The notes: generated by a model from the sequence alone, not told the origin. A stretch of DNA of 60,655 nt, filler included, from Piptocephalis cylindrospora (GCA_003614145.1; 10 parts of 10 records of this genome joined end to end with filler, not necessarily neighbours in it), one strand, 5' to 3'. Shown: positions 1 to 12,255, counted from the whole stretch's first letter. Made by a program: numbers and translations.

Positions 1-878
1 TTTATCAGATGAATCACGCTGGAGGCCCTAGGGATCGGAAGATCTATGGAAGAAGCGACGATATTGTGAGAAAACTTTCTGAAACTTTTTAAGATTAACT
101 TGTAAAGTCTTTTAGGAAAAAGGAAAGATCGTAATTTTCCCCTACATTTCGCTGTTTACTACTATTACTACTACACTGGAGGTCCTAAAGCCCCACTGTC
201 AGAATCAGGTTGGGTGAGCATCATCCGGAGGGTCTTTTGCCTGTTCCACACTACTTAATGAGAAAGGGGCATTGTTTATTGCGTTGAATATTTTTCAGAC
301 ATACACACTTTATACCACGCAAATTGTCGTAGTACCAGCGCAGGAAGCAACATACAATACAATGCGTATGCCGAGGGGTACTAGAATCGTAACCTTCAGT
401 CGTACCAGACTGAGAAGATAGGGTAAGCTAATGAGGGACACAAAGATGGGGGATTGAGCCCCGTCTGCTCGCTTCATCAGTCGGTGATCTATACAACTAG
501 ACCAATGCCTCCATTTGGATAGGAGTAAGAGAGAGAGAAAGAAGTATTTTTTTATTCAAACTTAAGTAGGGGTAAGGGTCCAAATCTGCTGGGTGCAATT
601 GATCCGATGGGGATTTCAGCTTGGGCTCAATTTCTCCTGGTCTCAAGTAGGTCACCAGTATGTGGCAAGATTTGTGGCCTTTTCATTATTCTACTTTCGC
701 TAACAGCTTTGGTTTAATACGTTGCCCCTCACCCACATACGTGTCTATGAGTGTGCAAGGGTGCCCTAGTGTTTTTTTTGACCTCCGTTCCACACGCTCC
801 TCTTCTTAGCCCTGTAGATTGTACCTGTAGTTCATTGCAGTCATTAGCACTTCTTTCATTTCATTTCTTCTCAAGATC

Positions 879-2468
879 ATGCTCACCATCACGCCCAAGG
901 CGAGATCAATATTTGCTAGAGCGGTGCCCCGATCCTTAAGCGGGCCTCGGCGAAATTACTGCCCTTCGTCGAGAGATTCGGCCTCCATTCCACCGCAGCC
1001 GGCGCTCGAGGTGACAAAAGCGGTGGCCTGGCTAAGCAAAGACATTGAAGTCTTTGCTCATCGGTACCTTTACCATAGTCCTGAAGAACGGAAACACCGA
1101 ATTGGGGTTATTAAGCGGCTCTTTCAGCTACACAGTACCCACTTTCCCAATGCTCAGCTAAAACTCTTTGGCTCTGAAGGCTCGGGCTTGCATCTCCGGA
1201 AAAGGTACGATTCTCCTGTCTAGCAGTTATTGGGATTGTTTTGGGCCAATTAAATATCCGACTGACCATACCATCCCCATCTTCCCCGGAAATCTACTCT
1301 TTTTAGCGATATGGATTTTACCATAATTCCTGTTGGAGAGGATGCCTCCCAGGGAAAAGGGGTCTCAGAGGCGATCGACAGTAAAATTGCCTGTCGAGCG
1401 CTTGTTGAGATGAGCAATATGCTTTGGAAAGAAAAAATGATCTCCAAAGGAAAACTTATTTTCGCTTCACCCATTCCTGTCTACAAGTGCGTGACCGCCG
1501 GATATTTTCCCTTGTCTATAGATTTTACTTATCACTATAATGATAGTGAGCGTACGACTGCCTTTCTCCGGACCGAAATTCATATGGAGCCCGTACTTAG
1601 GCCGTTGATCGCTCTGCTTAGGTGTATCACGAGGAGTTGGAATCTCGGGAGTGCGTCTTATCAAGGACTCGGATCCTATGGAGGGAGTATCATGATGATT
1701 TGGTATGTCCGTTACTGGAAGGGGCAGAGGGACATGAAGGTCGAAAAGGTACCGTTGGACCGGATGGGCGAAGTATTTATTGGTTTTCTCCAGTTCTTTG
1801 CCCTTCATTTCCCCTACCAAACCCACTGCATTGGGATGAAATGGAATAAGGCCGTTATCTACGATAAGGTATTTTTTTTTGAGTGGTGGGTGGGTTTTAA
1901 CTAAATAGGTGAAGATTGAGATGGGGGCAAGCTGGACGTTCCCTATACTTACTTTCTTTCAATCTATGTCACTCAGACGGATCCTTTCGTACGCGATATG
2001 CCCTGCATGGATCCAAAAAAGTGCCCTTTAGTCGTTCTAGATCCCACTCTTCATGGATACAGCGCGACTCGTGCGGCCGGGCAGCATGCGTATATCCAGT
2101 ATATGCTACAAAGAACTCTATATGAGCTTGCTGAGCACGTGAAATTACCCGAGCTTTCGAAAAACTCCCTGGAAGCGTCTTTAAATCATCCTTTGATAAA
2201 TAATTATAAGAAACGACCTCGGAAACTACTTGTGCCGGAAAAGGGCATGGTAGAGGGTACCCAAGCGAGGCCCACTATTCTTGAGCGTATGTTAGTGAAA
2301 CCTCGTCATTATCCTTCTACTACACGCCGGAAACCTGATGCAAAAGTGTCAACATCAAAGAACACCCAAAGGGTGGAGACTCGTGGGTATCCGATGAAGG
2401 TCCCAAAGAAGGGTAAAAATAAAGCCAAGGTGATGCCCCCTTGCCGCTCGATTCATGAAGGTGCGTGA
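879..2468 (+). CDS. Non-canonical poly(A)/poly(U) polymerase, Trf4/PAP2/Cid1 family nucleotidyltransferase (3 exons)
   Basis: Splicing intron 1205-1306 (GTACGA..TTTAG) restores the catalytic motif FGSEGSGLHLRKSDMDF (GS-x-DxD). Also contains GLGSYG and, after intron 1869-1976, the PAP-associated LVVLDP. Confidence 0.8.
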
Positions 2469-2624
2469 TAGAAGGGCTGCTACCAAGATTCATCTTTGAA
2501 CCTTGCTCCTCCTCCCTTATATGTGAGGGCTTTCTCCCCTTCTCGCCCATAATAGGGATACAGTGAGACATTTCAATAAAGGAATGCAGTATAATTATAC
2601 CATAAAATGTCAACCGATCGCGCC

Positions 2625-3919
2625 CTACTCTCCCCTCGCCCTCTCATCTCGTTCTGTGTACGCCTGAACTAGCTTGTTCTCACCCTTGTGGACCAGGGAA
2701 TCCTTATTCAGCACCTTTCCTAGACCCATGGCCACCTTGCCCTGGACGAGCTTGGCCGTGGTAGACGCCTTGGAAGGGACATCCTGGTGATTTTCATGGT
2801 GAGCGGGCGTGAGCGGAGCAGTGGGAGGATTAACCTGACGTGCAGGAGAGGCGGAGGAAGAAGGATTGGTGGTCCCCCTTAAGGTGGATGAGGCATGATT
2901 GGTCATGGAGGAATCGGAGGTCGGCGAGGAAGGCTGTTGCAGGGGATTTGCGTCCTGCAACAAATGATCACTAGTGTCCTTTAGAAGGGGAAGGGCCTGA
3001 TCTTTGTCCTTGTTCTCATCCTCTACAAGGTAATGATCGGTATCCTTGATGGGAGTAAAGGACAGATGGTCACTGGACTTGGTGATTCCGAGTGGATCTT
3101 TATCTACATTATTCCCTTGGCTCATGCGTCCATTGGACGATGCTTGACGAGTAGAGAGAAGGTTGGCCAGGGGAGCATTGTCTGACGGAGTGGGGGAAGA
3201 AATGTTGTTGCTACGAGTGGTAGTTTGAGAGGGCGGAAGCGGAATAGCCTTTGCCTGAGAAAAGGAGTTTTCCCTCTTGGGACTATTCATTGTTCCGGTT
3301 TGAATGAGATGATCCGTTTCATCTCTCTCCACCTTATCTTCCGTGGCAATCGACATGGAGGGAGAGGGGATCGTCAGGTTGGGGGGGGGCCGTCTGCCGA
3401 AGGAGATAGCGACGAAGTGAGGTTGGGGGAAGAAGAGGTCATGGGAATAACGGTTTCCTTGTTGCTAGGTTGAATGGGGTTGACCTTGGATGCCTGAGTC
3501 GACGAAAGGTCCTGGTGAGGAAGAGACGATTCCTTGGTCTGATGCATTGAGGCATCTTGGACACGGAAAGCCTCTTGGACAGCAGGATTACTATTGACCT
3601 GGGAGGATGAAAGGCCCTGGTGAGGGAGAAGAGACTGCTTGGTCTGATGCATCGGGGTATCATGAACGTGGAAGACATCTTGGCCAGTGGGATGGGTATT
3701 GATGCCGGTGGCCGTAACTACCTCCTCTGGGGTTGAGGGGGAAACGGGGGAGTTGGATCCCTCTCGGATCCTATAGTCAGCAGCAAGTGCAGGATCGGAC
3801 GGGTTTGTAGGGACGGAAGTCATATTGGACTCAGAGTTGGAGAATTTGGTACTTTTCGAGGAAGAAGTCGGAGTATCCACAAAAGTACCTGGGATGATGG
3901 GGGCGGTATCAGTATTCAT
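2625..3919 (-). CDS. Hydrophilic low-complexity protein with a CsbD/stress-protein-like C-terminus; split into two ORFs (3374-3919 and 2625-3356)
   Basis: Two consecutive S/T/P-rich ORFs 17 nt apart, out of frame across a C9 run. Internal repeats present. C-terminal KLVQGKVAMGLGKVLNKDSLVHKGE resembles CsbD-like helices. Confidence 0.45.
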
Positions 3920-5997
3920 GGTGATGACTTAGTGCAATGGAAAGACACAAGACGGGATAGTGAGGTGAAAAAGGAATGTAATGGGTGCTGGAGTGATGGT
4001 TGGATAAAGATGAATGTTGTCTAGGGTAGGATAATTATCATTAGTCTTTTATAAGGTTGAGAAAATCCCGAGTAATGGGCTTAATGAGCCACACACATTA
4101 AAAGAACTGTACCCCATATACGCACTGTCATACTTGCCACATCGGGTAACTGACGGAGATAGCGGAGTATGGGCCATTCCATATCGGGACGATTCGGTCA
4201 TTCTTGCTCAGGTTATCACAGTCTCAGCCGATTTGGACCTTTAGAAGTTTGTGTGCCATCTTCATGCTGTGCAATGTCATGGTGGAGGGAGAAGATACCT
4301 GAAGGGGATGTGATGCACAGGAGCAGATGCCATTATGGACCCCCTACAACTGGAGCTTGCCTGATCTAGGACAGAAATGTAAAGGGGACGAGTGTATAAT
4401 GTAAGTTACGGTCATGGCTAATCATCATTTTATCCATGACTCCAAGGGCAGTGCGAGAGTTCCAGGAATCTTGGCAAGAGCCAAAAGGGTAGAGCCTTGG
4501 TTCGATCTTTTCAACTTCATCGTGTGTATAATCCGACTCATTATTTCAAGACACGCTTTCATCAAGATATTCGTCCCTATAATGGAGGCTTACAATCCAG
4601 ACGGAGCGTCAAGCGATGACACATCGGGGGAGGGGCAGGATAGCTGAGATGATTTATGTAGGGAAGTGATGCGGACGATACAAGCTTCGTCGATGATCTG
4701 CCTGATAGGAAGGCTGTGATCTGTGTCCATACATATCTCTTACGCACAGGGAAAATATCAAACGAGGAGATAGCGATATCAGATGCAGGGATGAAGGTAT
4801 GACGTGTCTCTGTGTGATAGAGTGACATGATAGTAGAGTGCCTTGGAGTTTATTCTGTTTCCTCTCCATGCCCCCTCTCTAGCGGCTCAAGTCGGTGACG
4901 AGGCCTTCTCTTGAGAGGGGTAAATTGCGAACCGTAGTGCAACAATTAGATCTGACAACCGCTGACCCCTCACGTCATTGAGGATCATTATTATTGGTGC
5001 ACATGACCAGTTTGGTACTGGGGCCCAAGTATGACCAGTATCTCTTCTGGACAAATCAGCCAAGGGGGCTGAGTGATATGAGCCCCCAGAAGCCTCTGCT
5101 AGGATTCAGGTACTGAGTGGAAAGCCATAAGGACCATCGACCTGATTGAGGATACTCAGAGATTGGAACGGGCGCCGAGTGGGATGATTGGGCATGGAGA
5201 ACCAATGACATGTGCCCACTTCAGTATGGACCTGATGACAGAATCCTTGAGGTAATGCATCTCTAGCTACCATTTGAAAGTCATAGATAGTTTGATTTTA
5301 CAACGAGAAAGACAGCTCTCAATGGCGTAAAGCTTGATATTGGGTTAGACAGAAGAGATTCTGGCCCACTATCCGACTATATGGGCATTCACCACTCATG
5401 TTCAGAATTACTGAGTTGATGCTTTTGTGCCTGAACCCCTCTGGGAAAAAAGGTTCATGGCCATCTCAAAGGTGAAAGGTCAACTATTTAATTTGGTAAT
5501 AATACTATTTTCACAACTTATTAAGGAGTGCAGTAACACTAGCTTCATTCTGAGTGTTAAATTTGGTGGGGGTTGGGATGGCGCTTGTTATTGGAGTCTT
5601 GATGATACTGGCATGATCGTTGCCATATGCCCATAAAACCAGTTTCGAGTTATTGAGTTTATGGTAAAGCGGATGAAAGGTAGAGGGGGTGTATGACAAG
5701 CGACAAGCCGATATCAATTAATCAGGGTAGGGTGGGGTAGGAGAAGAGGAGGATAGTACAGCCTAGCGTGATAAAAGGGAGAAGTAGGGGTGTTGAAGAT
5801 GGGTAGAATCATGAGAGAGTAGGGAGTAGCCTTTCTTGCTCTTGGATCTTTACACATTGGCGGATACAATGTCCAGAAGGCATGCCGTATTTCCAGCAGG
5901 CCGATGGAGTAAGAGACGCTGTGAACCCATCCTCACATCCATTCCCCCTTCCCCTCTTCCATAAAATTGATCGATTAGGGAAGACAGAATAACCCGT

Positions 5998-6097
5998 NNN
6001 NNNNNNNNNNNNNNNNNNNNNNNNNNNNNNNNNNNNNNNNNTTAATTAATTAANNNNNNNNNNNNNNNNNNNNNNNNNNNNNNNNNNNNNNNNNNNN
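5998..6097. other. Artificial contig linker (N-run, TTAATTAATTAA, N-run). Repeated at about 12094-12193, 18186-18285, 24270-24369, 30351-30450, 36427-36526, 42501-42600, 48568-48667 and 54626-54725
   Basis: Same ~100-nt spacer each time, with stops in all six frames. Contig lengths decrease steadily from about 6.0 to 5.9 kb. Confidence 0.98.
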
Positions 6098-6318
6098 TTC
6101 CGCGTACTAGCAGCAATCTTTTCTTGCTCATTGGGATTCGAACAGTTTATAACGTGCTGGTAGGTCAGGGCTAGGAGCCGTAAGTCAACCAACAGCTGGT
6201 CCATCCCGTTGTATGGTCTTCCCGCCACCATATCCTTCCAGAGTTGGGTCTTGACAGCCGTGTCAAAAAGGTTTTTCTCTGTCTCGGTAGCCGTGTCGAA
6301 GGTGTTGTTCTCTGTCAT
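6098..6318 (-). CDS. Maltose/galactoside O-acetyltransferase, N-terminal Mac domain (3' truncated by contig end)
   Basis: WKDMVAGRPYNGMDQLLVDLRLLA matches the Mac pattern (K)MLAGELYxxxDxELxxxR. Confidence 0.6.
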
Positions 6319-7637
6319 GGTGAAAGGGCTTGGAGGGAGAAATAAGATGGCGATAATGGTAGCGGCAGAAGGAAGTAGTATACGGAGTAACTTGGTGGGA
6401 AAATGTCGTCTAGGGGAGAGGGGGTTCTGTTCAGGGAGTACACATGCGAAGAATAATAATGGTGTGAACAAAGCCTTAGTTGATTGGACTAATGCGATAC
6501 AGGGCAACTTGTGATATTTTTATCCGATTTTTGACAGGTTCGCAACAACGACCAGTTATGTGCCATTAAAAAAATCATGCCCGGGTATACAGCGCAAAAT
6601 CTCCTAGGAACATAGACTACTTGGTTCTCATCTTTTCCCACATGAAGCAAGAGAATGGTATATTGGATAAGCAATAATGTAAATTTGTGCTGATTGATAC
6701 GGTATAGGCATCAAAAAAAGAGAGACCTTGTCCATGCATAGGCACAACGTAGAGGAAAAAGCCCAGGGTTGTAGTATTATTAGGGGAGGGAGGGAGGGAG
6801 GGATAATACGAACAGAGCGAATAGAGATCCTAGCACCTAAAAACCATTCAACCACGCCATATCATTCACCCTCTCATCTCCTGATGTTTCAAACGTTTCT
6901 ACCCTTTGTCCGGCGAATCGAATATTCTATAATTAGAGCCGTTATCTAAGGAAATCTGGATCACATGAAATTTACTCTGGCTTCATACGAATCCTTTCCT
7001 ATTACTGGAGATGTTATGAGATGCCCCATCTATAGGCTTCACATATGCTCGCAACGCGTCCAACACTGGTAAAACGATATTTCACATACTTCTGTGAAGA
7101 TGTTTTCTATTTTGAAAGACCGATGGCAAGGATGGTAAGAATACCACTTCCCGCCTTAAGCCCTTGACCGCTGCCCATGTTCCCCATGTGTGTCGTGGTT
7201 TCCCCATTAGCGGCAATTCAAATTAGACCACACCACGACTCAATGGATCCTGCTTACCAAAGGAGCCGCACTGCCCATTTAACTCCGATAGCTAGGCCGC
7301 TTGTGCCCAACTGTTTCAAGAGCATCCATCACGTCCTATATACTGAGGAAGTTCTCAGGTACAGGGGGGGGGGGGAATGAAAGAATAGATATGTACTTTA
7401 ATCAACTCTAGTTGTTCCGAAAGTATCTCCATACAAAGTCGTATTTGCCTCCTCTGTCCCTTTCTTTACCTTCATCCTTCTACCTTCACCGCTCCTCATC
7501 CCTCTCATCCCCATCCCTCTTTCCAACGTTCACTTCGAGCACGTACTTTCTTGCAGCACTACATTGTTGACCATTGTAGAGCAGAGACGACCTAGCGTGC
7601 CGCTCACTCCTTTGATAGGATACCGACAGGGATTAGA

Positions 7638-9227
7638 ATGGACTGCCGTGGAATATTAGTGCTAATCATGTCCCTATCCCTATGGGTCCTACTGTGTTCA
7701 CGTTCCATTCCATTGCTCCTCCTCCTTCTCACCACTCATTCCTTTTTTCTCCTCGATAGCCACGGTGGCAGGATACATTTGGCTATCGGGCATTCGTCTG
7801 TGCCCTGGCACTCGTTCATATCTTTTCTCGCTCTCCGCCGAAAGACCTCTCCTCTCTTTTGGTCCTTCTCTCCCCAATTATGTGTTCCCTTTCTCCTTTT
7901 CTTCCTTCTTTCAGCCCAACCGTGGCTGATGATAAGCGCCGAGGCTAGTCAGGTTACTGGTCTCGGGGATACGCAAAGAGTCCATCATACGTGTGTATTA
8001 ATCGATCATTCTGTCTTCATCCTGGGGGGAAATTCAGTTCGCACCCCACTTGTAGACAGTCTCGGATCCCTCTTTTCCTTGACAAGCGATTCTGAGGATG
8101 GGAGACTTAGCATGGATTCTATCTACTCTAAAAGCATCCTATACACTGCTCCCTCGATGACCCGGCATGCCCTCGTCCCCCTCTCCGAAAAATCAGGGGG
8201 GTTCCTGGTGTGTGGTGGCCTTCACCCTCAAACAGAACGTAGCCAGGGATGTCAGATCATCTATCCCTCCGGTCAATCTCGTCAAATTCACTCCTTAGTA
8301 TGGCCCCGTCGATTAGACCACACAATTACCCTGGGAGAAGGAGATCAGGCATACGTGGTGGGGGGTCGGGATGGGAGGCTTTCAGAGACCTCAGTCACCG
8401 ATCGAGGAAAGGTGTTGTATGATGGACTGATCCTTCAACTGGAACCCGAGGGCAACATCACCTCCTCTCGCATGGCTCTCCCCCCTACCTCCTGGTACGG
8501 ACACACAGCCAGCTGGGTCCCCTCAATCAAAGAGATCCTCTTCTTAGGTGGGGTACAGGGGAACGGAACATTGCAGATGCTCGATAGAGTCCATCTCTAC
8601 AATCCTCAAACGGATATATGGAGGAAGGAGAGGACTGTGTGGCCTGAGAACATTCCGGGGCCATACGGTCTATATGGTCATACGGCTACGTTCGTGGGAG
8701 ACTCGATCGTAGTGGTGGGAGGAAGCACGGAACCTCCGGGGCCCCCAAAGAACCAAAGTACCCTATCCTTCCCCTCATCCTCTTCCTCCCCCCCCTCCAT
8801 TCTCATCCTCAACATCACTACCTTGACATGGTCTTCCCCAGATCCCCAGGCAAAGACATCGCAAACCTCCGAGTGGGTCCCCTCTCCCAGGGTCGGACAC
8901 ACCACGACCCTTTTATGGGACCAACGTACCCTCCTAGTCACATGGGGAAAGCACTTGGACAGGAAGGAGATAGGGGACAAACACCCATATTTGCTTGATA
9001 CGGGGTCATGGACCTTTGTCAAGGACATGCCTAGGATAGAGATGGGATCCGAGGCTGGATTCACAACAAGTCGCTCCTGGAGAGTTCCTTTTCTTATTGG
9101 GAGCGTTATCGTCCTCGTCCTCCTCGTAAGCATCATTACGTGTTTATGCTTTTGGAACCGACTCAAGAGAGTTCTTTTCTTGGGCAAGGCCCAGAAGGAA
9201 GGGAATTCATTTCTCCGGATAGGCTGA
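7638..9227 (+). CDS. Kelch-repeat single-pass membrane protein
   Basis: Repeated Kelch motifs (RVHHT..ILGG, RLDHT..VVGG, YGHT..FLGG, PRVGHT), a hydrophobic N-terminus and a C-terminal TM helix (FLIGSVIVLVLLVSIITCLCFW). Start codon uncertain. Confidence 0.75.
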   Translation: MDCRGILVLIMSLSLWVLLCSRSIPLLLLLLTTHSFFLLDSHGGRIHLAIGHSSVPWHSFISFLALRRKTSPLFWSFSPQLCVPFLLFFLLSAQPWLMISAEASQVTGLGDTQRVHHTCVLIDHSVFILGGNSVRTPLVDSLGSLFSLTSDSEDGRLSMDSIYSKSILYTAPSMTRHALVPLSEKSGGFLVCGGLHPQTERSQGCQIIYPSGQSRQIHSLVWPRRLDHTITLGEGDQAYVVGGRDGRLSETSVTDRGKVLYDGLILQLEPEGNITSSRMALPPTSWYGHTASWVPSIKEILFLGGVQGNGTLQMLDRVHLYNPQTDIWRKERTVWPENIPGPYGLYGHTATFVGDSIVVVGGSTEPPGPPKNQSTLSFPSSSSSPPSILILNITTLTWSSPDPQAKTSQTSEWVPSPRVGHTTTLLWDQRTLLVTWGKHLDRKEIGDKHPYLLDTGSWTFVKDMPRIEMGSEAGFTTSRSWRVPFLIGSVIVLVLLVSIITCLCFWNRLKRVLFLGKAQKEGNSFLRIG

Positions 9228-9341
9228 CCCTTTCCACATGGCTGAATGGGCGAAAGGGTTAATTCAATATAACCGCGCTTTTTCGTCCTTTCTCCCAAGA
9301 CCACACTTACCATAGATAATTCATGGGAAAACAAAGTATGA

Positions 9342-10586
9342 TTAGAGGAGTAGGGTAGAGGTAAGGTCAAAGAGGCCATCCTCAGCGATTTCAAAGGTCA
9401 TTTTTGGACAATCTCTACGAGTGGAGCCCTTTCCACGGACTTGAATAAGGCGAGGTGGATGTAAAGGATGATCCAGGGTAGGGGAGGGGCTAGGCAGGGC
9501 AGGAGGAGGATGGGGACTGAGCCAAAGGCGAATGGTGTCAATACCCTGTAGCCAGCTGGGCATACATTCTTTCCAAGACCGACTGTCCCCCATGAAAGAG
9601 GAGGAAGCCCCAGTTTGTGGATACTCTTCCCATTCAGGAAAGGGCCATCGAAGGGTATGTATGAGCAAAGGGGACCATTGACGCACGAGGAGACGGTAAG
9701 CCTGGGCCAACGATCTGTGAATAGGACTGATGGGGGATGATGAACTAGCAGCCCTTCGGATGGTAGCGGAGGAGGAGGAAGAGGAGGAAGCCTTCTTTCC
9801 TAGCCCCATGGGATCGCGAGCGCCATCCGACGCAGCGCTCAAAGCAGCATCGATGGAATCATAGATATTGATGGGATCAAGAAAGAGCAATGCTGGGGGC
9901 TTAGGAAGGGTGAGAAGGATGGAAGGGAGAGTGGTGGAGAGGAGAGTAAGGAGCTGATGGGGGGAGGTGGGTCGAAAGACCAAAAGTCGATCAAGCGTCA
10001 ATTGCAGCAGATCATTCAAATTGACGCTCGGGGGAGGGTCCTGGGAGGAGGGATGGGTCGAATGGGGGGCAAGGGAGGTACATCGGTCATAATGATGCCT
10101 GATGAGAGAGGTCATGCGATGGACTTGGAAACTCCCCTCCAGATCAATCCACACAACAGGGAGACCTCTCCCACCCAGATGGACCGTCTCCTTCCCCCGA
10201 CCCGGGGACCAAGTGGGCGGCAGGGTGGTAGTGAGGGCAAAGTAGTAGAGCAAGGCTGTCTTCCCCACCCCGCCCCGCCCGTACAAAGAAAGACAATCTC
10301 CAGGCCGAAGTTCTGGTTGGGCTGGTCTACAATGTCTGATCAGTTCGTCGAGTCCAGGTAGATGGGTAGTGCCATAGTAGGCATGCTTGGCACGTAAACG
10401 GCCAAACCACTGATGGTCATGGAGAGAGGAATGAGTTGGATGCGAGACAAAAGATCATACTGTTTACACTTTACCCACCTGTAAGCCGCTTTCTCCCAGT
10501 TTTGACCCTAATCGAGGCGGAGAGAGAGGGGAAGCGAGCGATGATGGGACGGGTTCATCCTCAGAGCCTGTCACACATCCACTCAT
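9342..10586 (-). CDS. XRCC2: RAD51 paralog, XRCC2-like (2 exons, intron 10410-10478)
   Basis: Spliced N-terminus ESGLQ|WFGRL resembles XRCC2 ESGxxLLARL. Walker A YGRGGVGKT, VVWIDLE and Walker B LLFLD present. Confidence 0.75.
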
Positions 10587-10695
10587 GGAGAAAGAGGAGG
10601 GGGGGGGGGAGGGGGGAAGAAGGAAGATGCACATAGGGGAAGTGACCAAAGATATGAGTCATCAACAGAGTCTGAATAACAACAACAATAACAGC

Positions 10696-10720
10696 ACGCG
10701 ATATGACGCGACCAACGCGT
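10696..10720. promoter_or_regulatory. Cluster of three MCB-like (ACGCG[A/T]) elements upstream of XRCC2
   Basis: ACGCGA 10696-10701, ACGCGA 10706-10711 and ACGCGT 10715-10720, which is 110-135 bp upstream of the ATG. Confidence 0.5.
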
Positions 10721-11166
10721 CGACCCATCACGACTACTCCCATCTTGTATTACTACAACTACAGCCACGTGTAGTACAGGACTGAGGAATTGTCCTAGGT
10801 CGATATTGCGTAAGTACCCTCGCCTTAAATTATTATTATTATTATCAAGGGCACGCACATTACATGCTCAAATCCAATACGAAAAAAGTACAAACAAAAA
10901 AGACAGCGTTGTTATTGTTGTGTTTATGGATAGGAAGAAGAGAAGGGAGAGGAAAGGGAGATGACCGAAACCAGAGAGGGCAGCCGCTCCGCTCCTCTGC
11001 ACGACACCTGCACACCGCGCTCACACACGTCATGACTCACCGGGGATACTTCAAGGCTTGTTAGGCGAATAGGCTGGATGTACTACCTATCATGTACCAT
11101 GGATATATCCTCTGGATGTCTCAAACTCAACCCATGGCACAGGCACACACGTACGTACCTCGGTAC

Positions 11167-11962
11167 TTAAAGCTCCTGACCAAGTAGGAGATACTGGGTA
11201 GAGTTGTGACCAAGACAGACGGGGGAAACGACCTGGAAGCCAGTGTACATGAAAGCACGGGCAAGGGAGTCAAGGTCGGCACGATGTCTTCCGAGGACGA
11301 TGGTGACCTCGGAGCACTCTAGGACTTCCTCAGCCAGTTCCAGGAGGGCGACGACACAGGAGGAAAACTCGTGTTCGGCCCAAGCCTGATAAGAGGGAGG
11401 GGAGAGGTAGAGGCAGTCGTTGAGGATAAAGGCATCCCAGATACAGGATTCACCAGTAGCCTTGGAGTACGAGGTGACGGAGACGAGGGCATCGACGGAG
11501 GTGGGAGCGGGAGCATCGCCATTCTTACTTGCGGGACCGAGGAGGACTTGGTTGGCAAGCTTGGAGGAGAGGAGGGAAGTAGGGCCGTTGCCACTACGTA
11601 TCCCCCCTACATCCCCCTTCCTTGTAGCTATCTCTGCTAAACCGTAAGACTTTTGGCAAACGTCAAAAACACCACCGGGCTTTTGGAGCACCGGTGTAAT
11701 AGTAGCTCTCCTGAGAAGGAGAGCCGGAGGAGGAGGGGCGCTGGATGGAGCACATGGCAGCGCCGGGAACAGGAACAAAGGGGTGGGATTCACCCTCCGG
11801 CACCTGGCAAGGACCTAGGTCCTGGACAGGAGCGTTTGAGGGGAAATCCCGCATTGGTATCGATGGTTTACTTTTAGCATATTCAAGGCCGGCGGAGGAG
11901 GCGTTGAAGGTATTGACGGAGGAGGAGGGCCTGGCAGGGGAGGAAGTACGGGAGAGCAGCAT
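11167..11962 (-). CDS. OAZ1: Ornithine decarboxylase antizyme, +1 programmed ribosomal frameshift (ORF1 11962-11666 joined to ORF2 11664-11167, about 264 aa)
   Basis: ORF1 ends TGG TGT TTT TGA C. The +1 frame continues DVCQK... into the ODC_AZ domain (VVALLELAEEVLECSEVTIVLGRHRADLDSLARAFMYTGF..V.P). Confidence 0.93.
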
Positions 11963-12255
11963 GTTGGTTCGATGGATAAGGGGGAGAGCTTGGTTAAATC
12001 ACAGGGAAAAGTGGAGAAGGAGAGGAAGGAGGTTGAAATGTTTCACACGAGAAAGGAAAGGGAGGTGCACTCTAGTAAAAGAGATTGGGGGGGNNNNNNN
12101 NNNNNNNNNNNNNNNNNNNNNNNNNNNNNNNNNNNNNTTAATTAATTAANNNNNNNNNNNNNNNNNNNNNNNNNNNNNNNNNNNNNNNNNNNNATGTCCC
12201 TAGAAAATCATCCCCCTCCCCCCCTTCCCTTTTCCCCATCTTGTTGGCCCCAACA

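Noticed and set aside
325..420. TPP riboswitch-like fragments (TACCAGCGCAGGAAG, CTGAGA)
   Set aside because: The elements are in the wrong order, P4/P5 cannot pair, and there is no adjacent thiamine gene.
4100..5750. Possible decayed gene or pseudogene
   Set aside because: Only short ORFs with no recognisable motif in any frame I read; cannot be supported.
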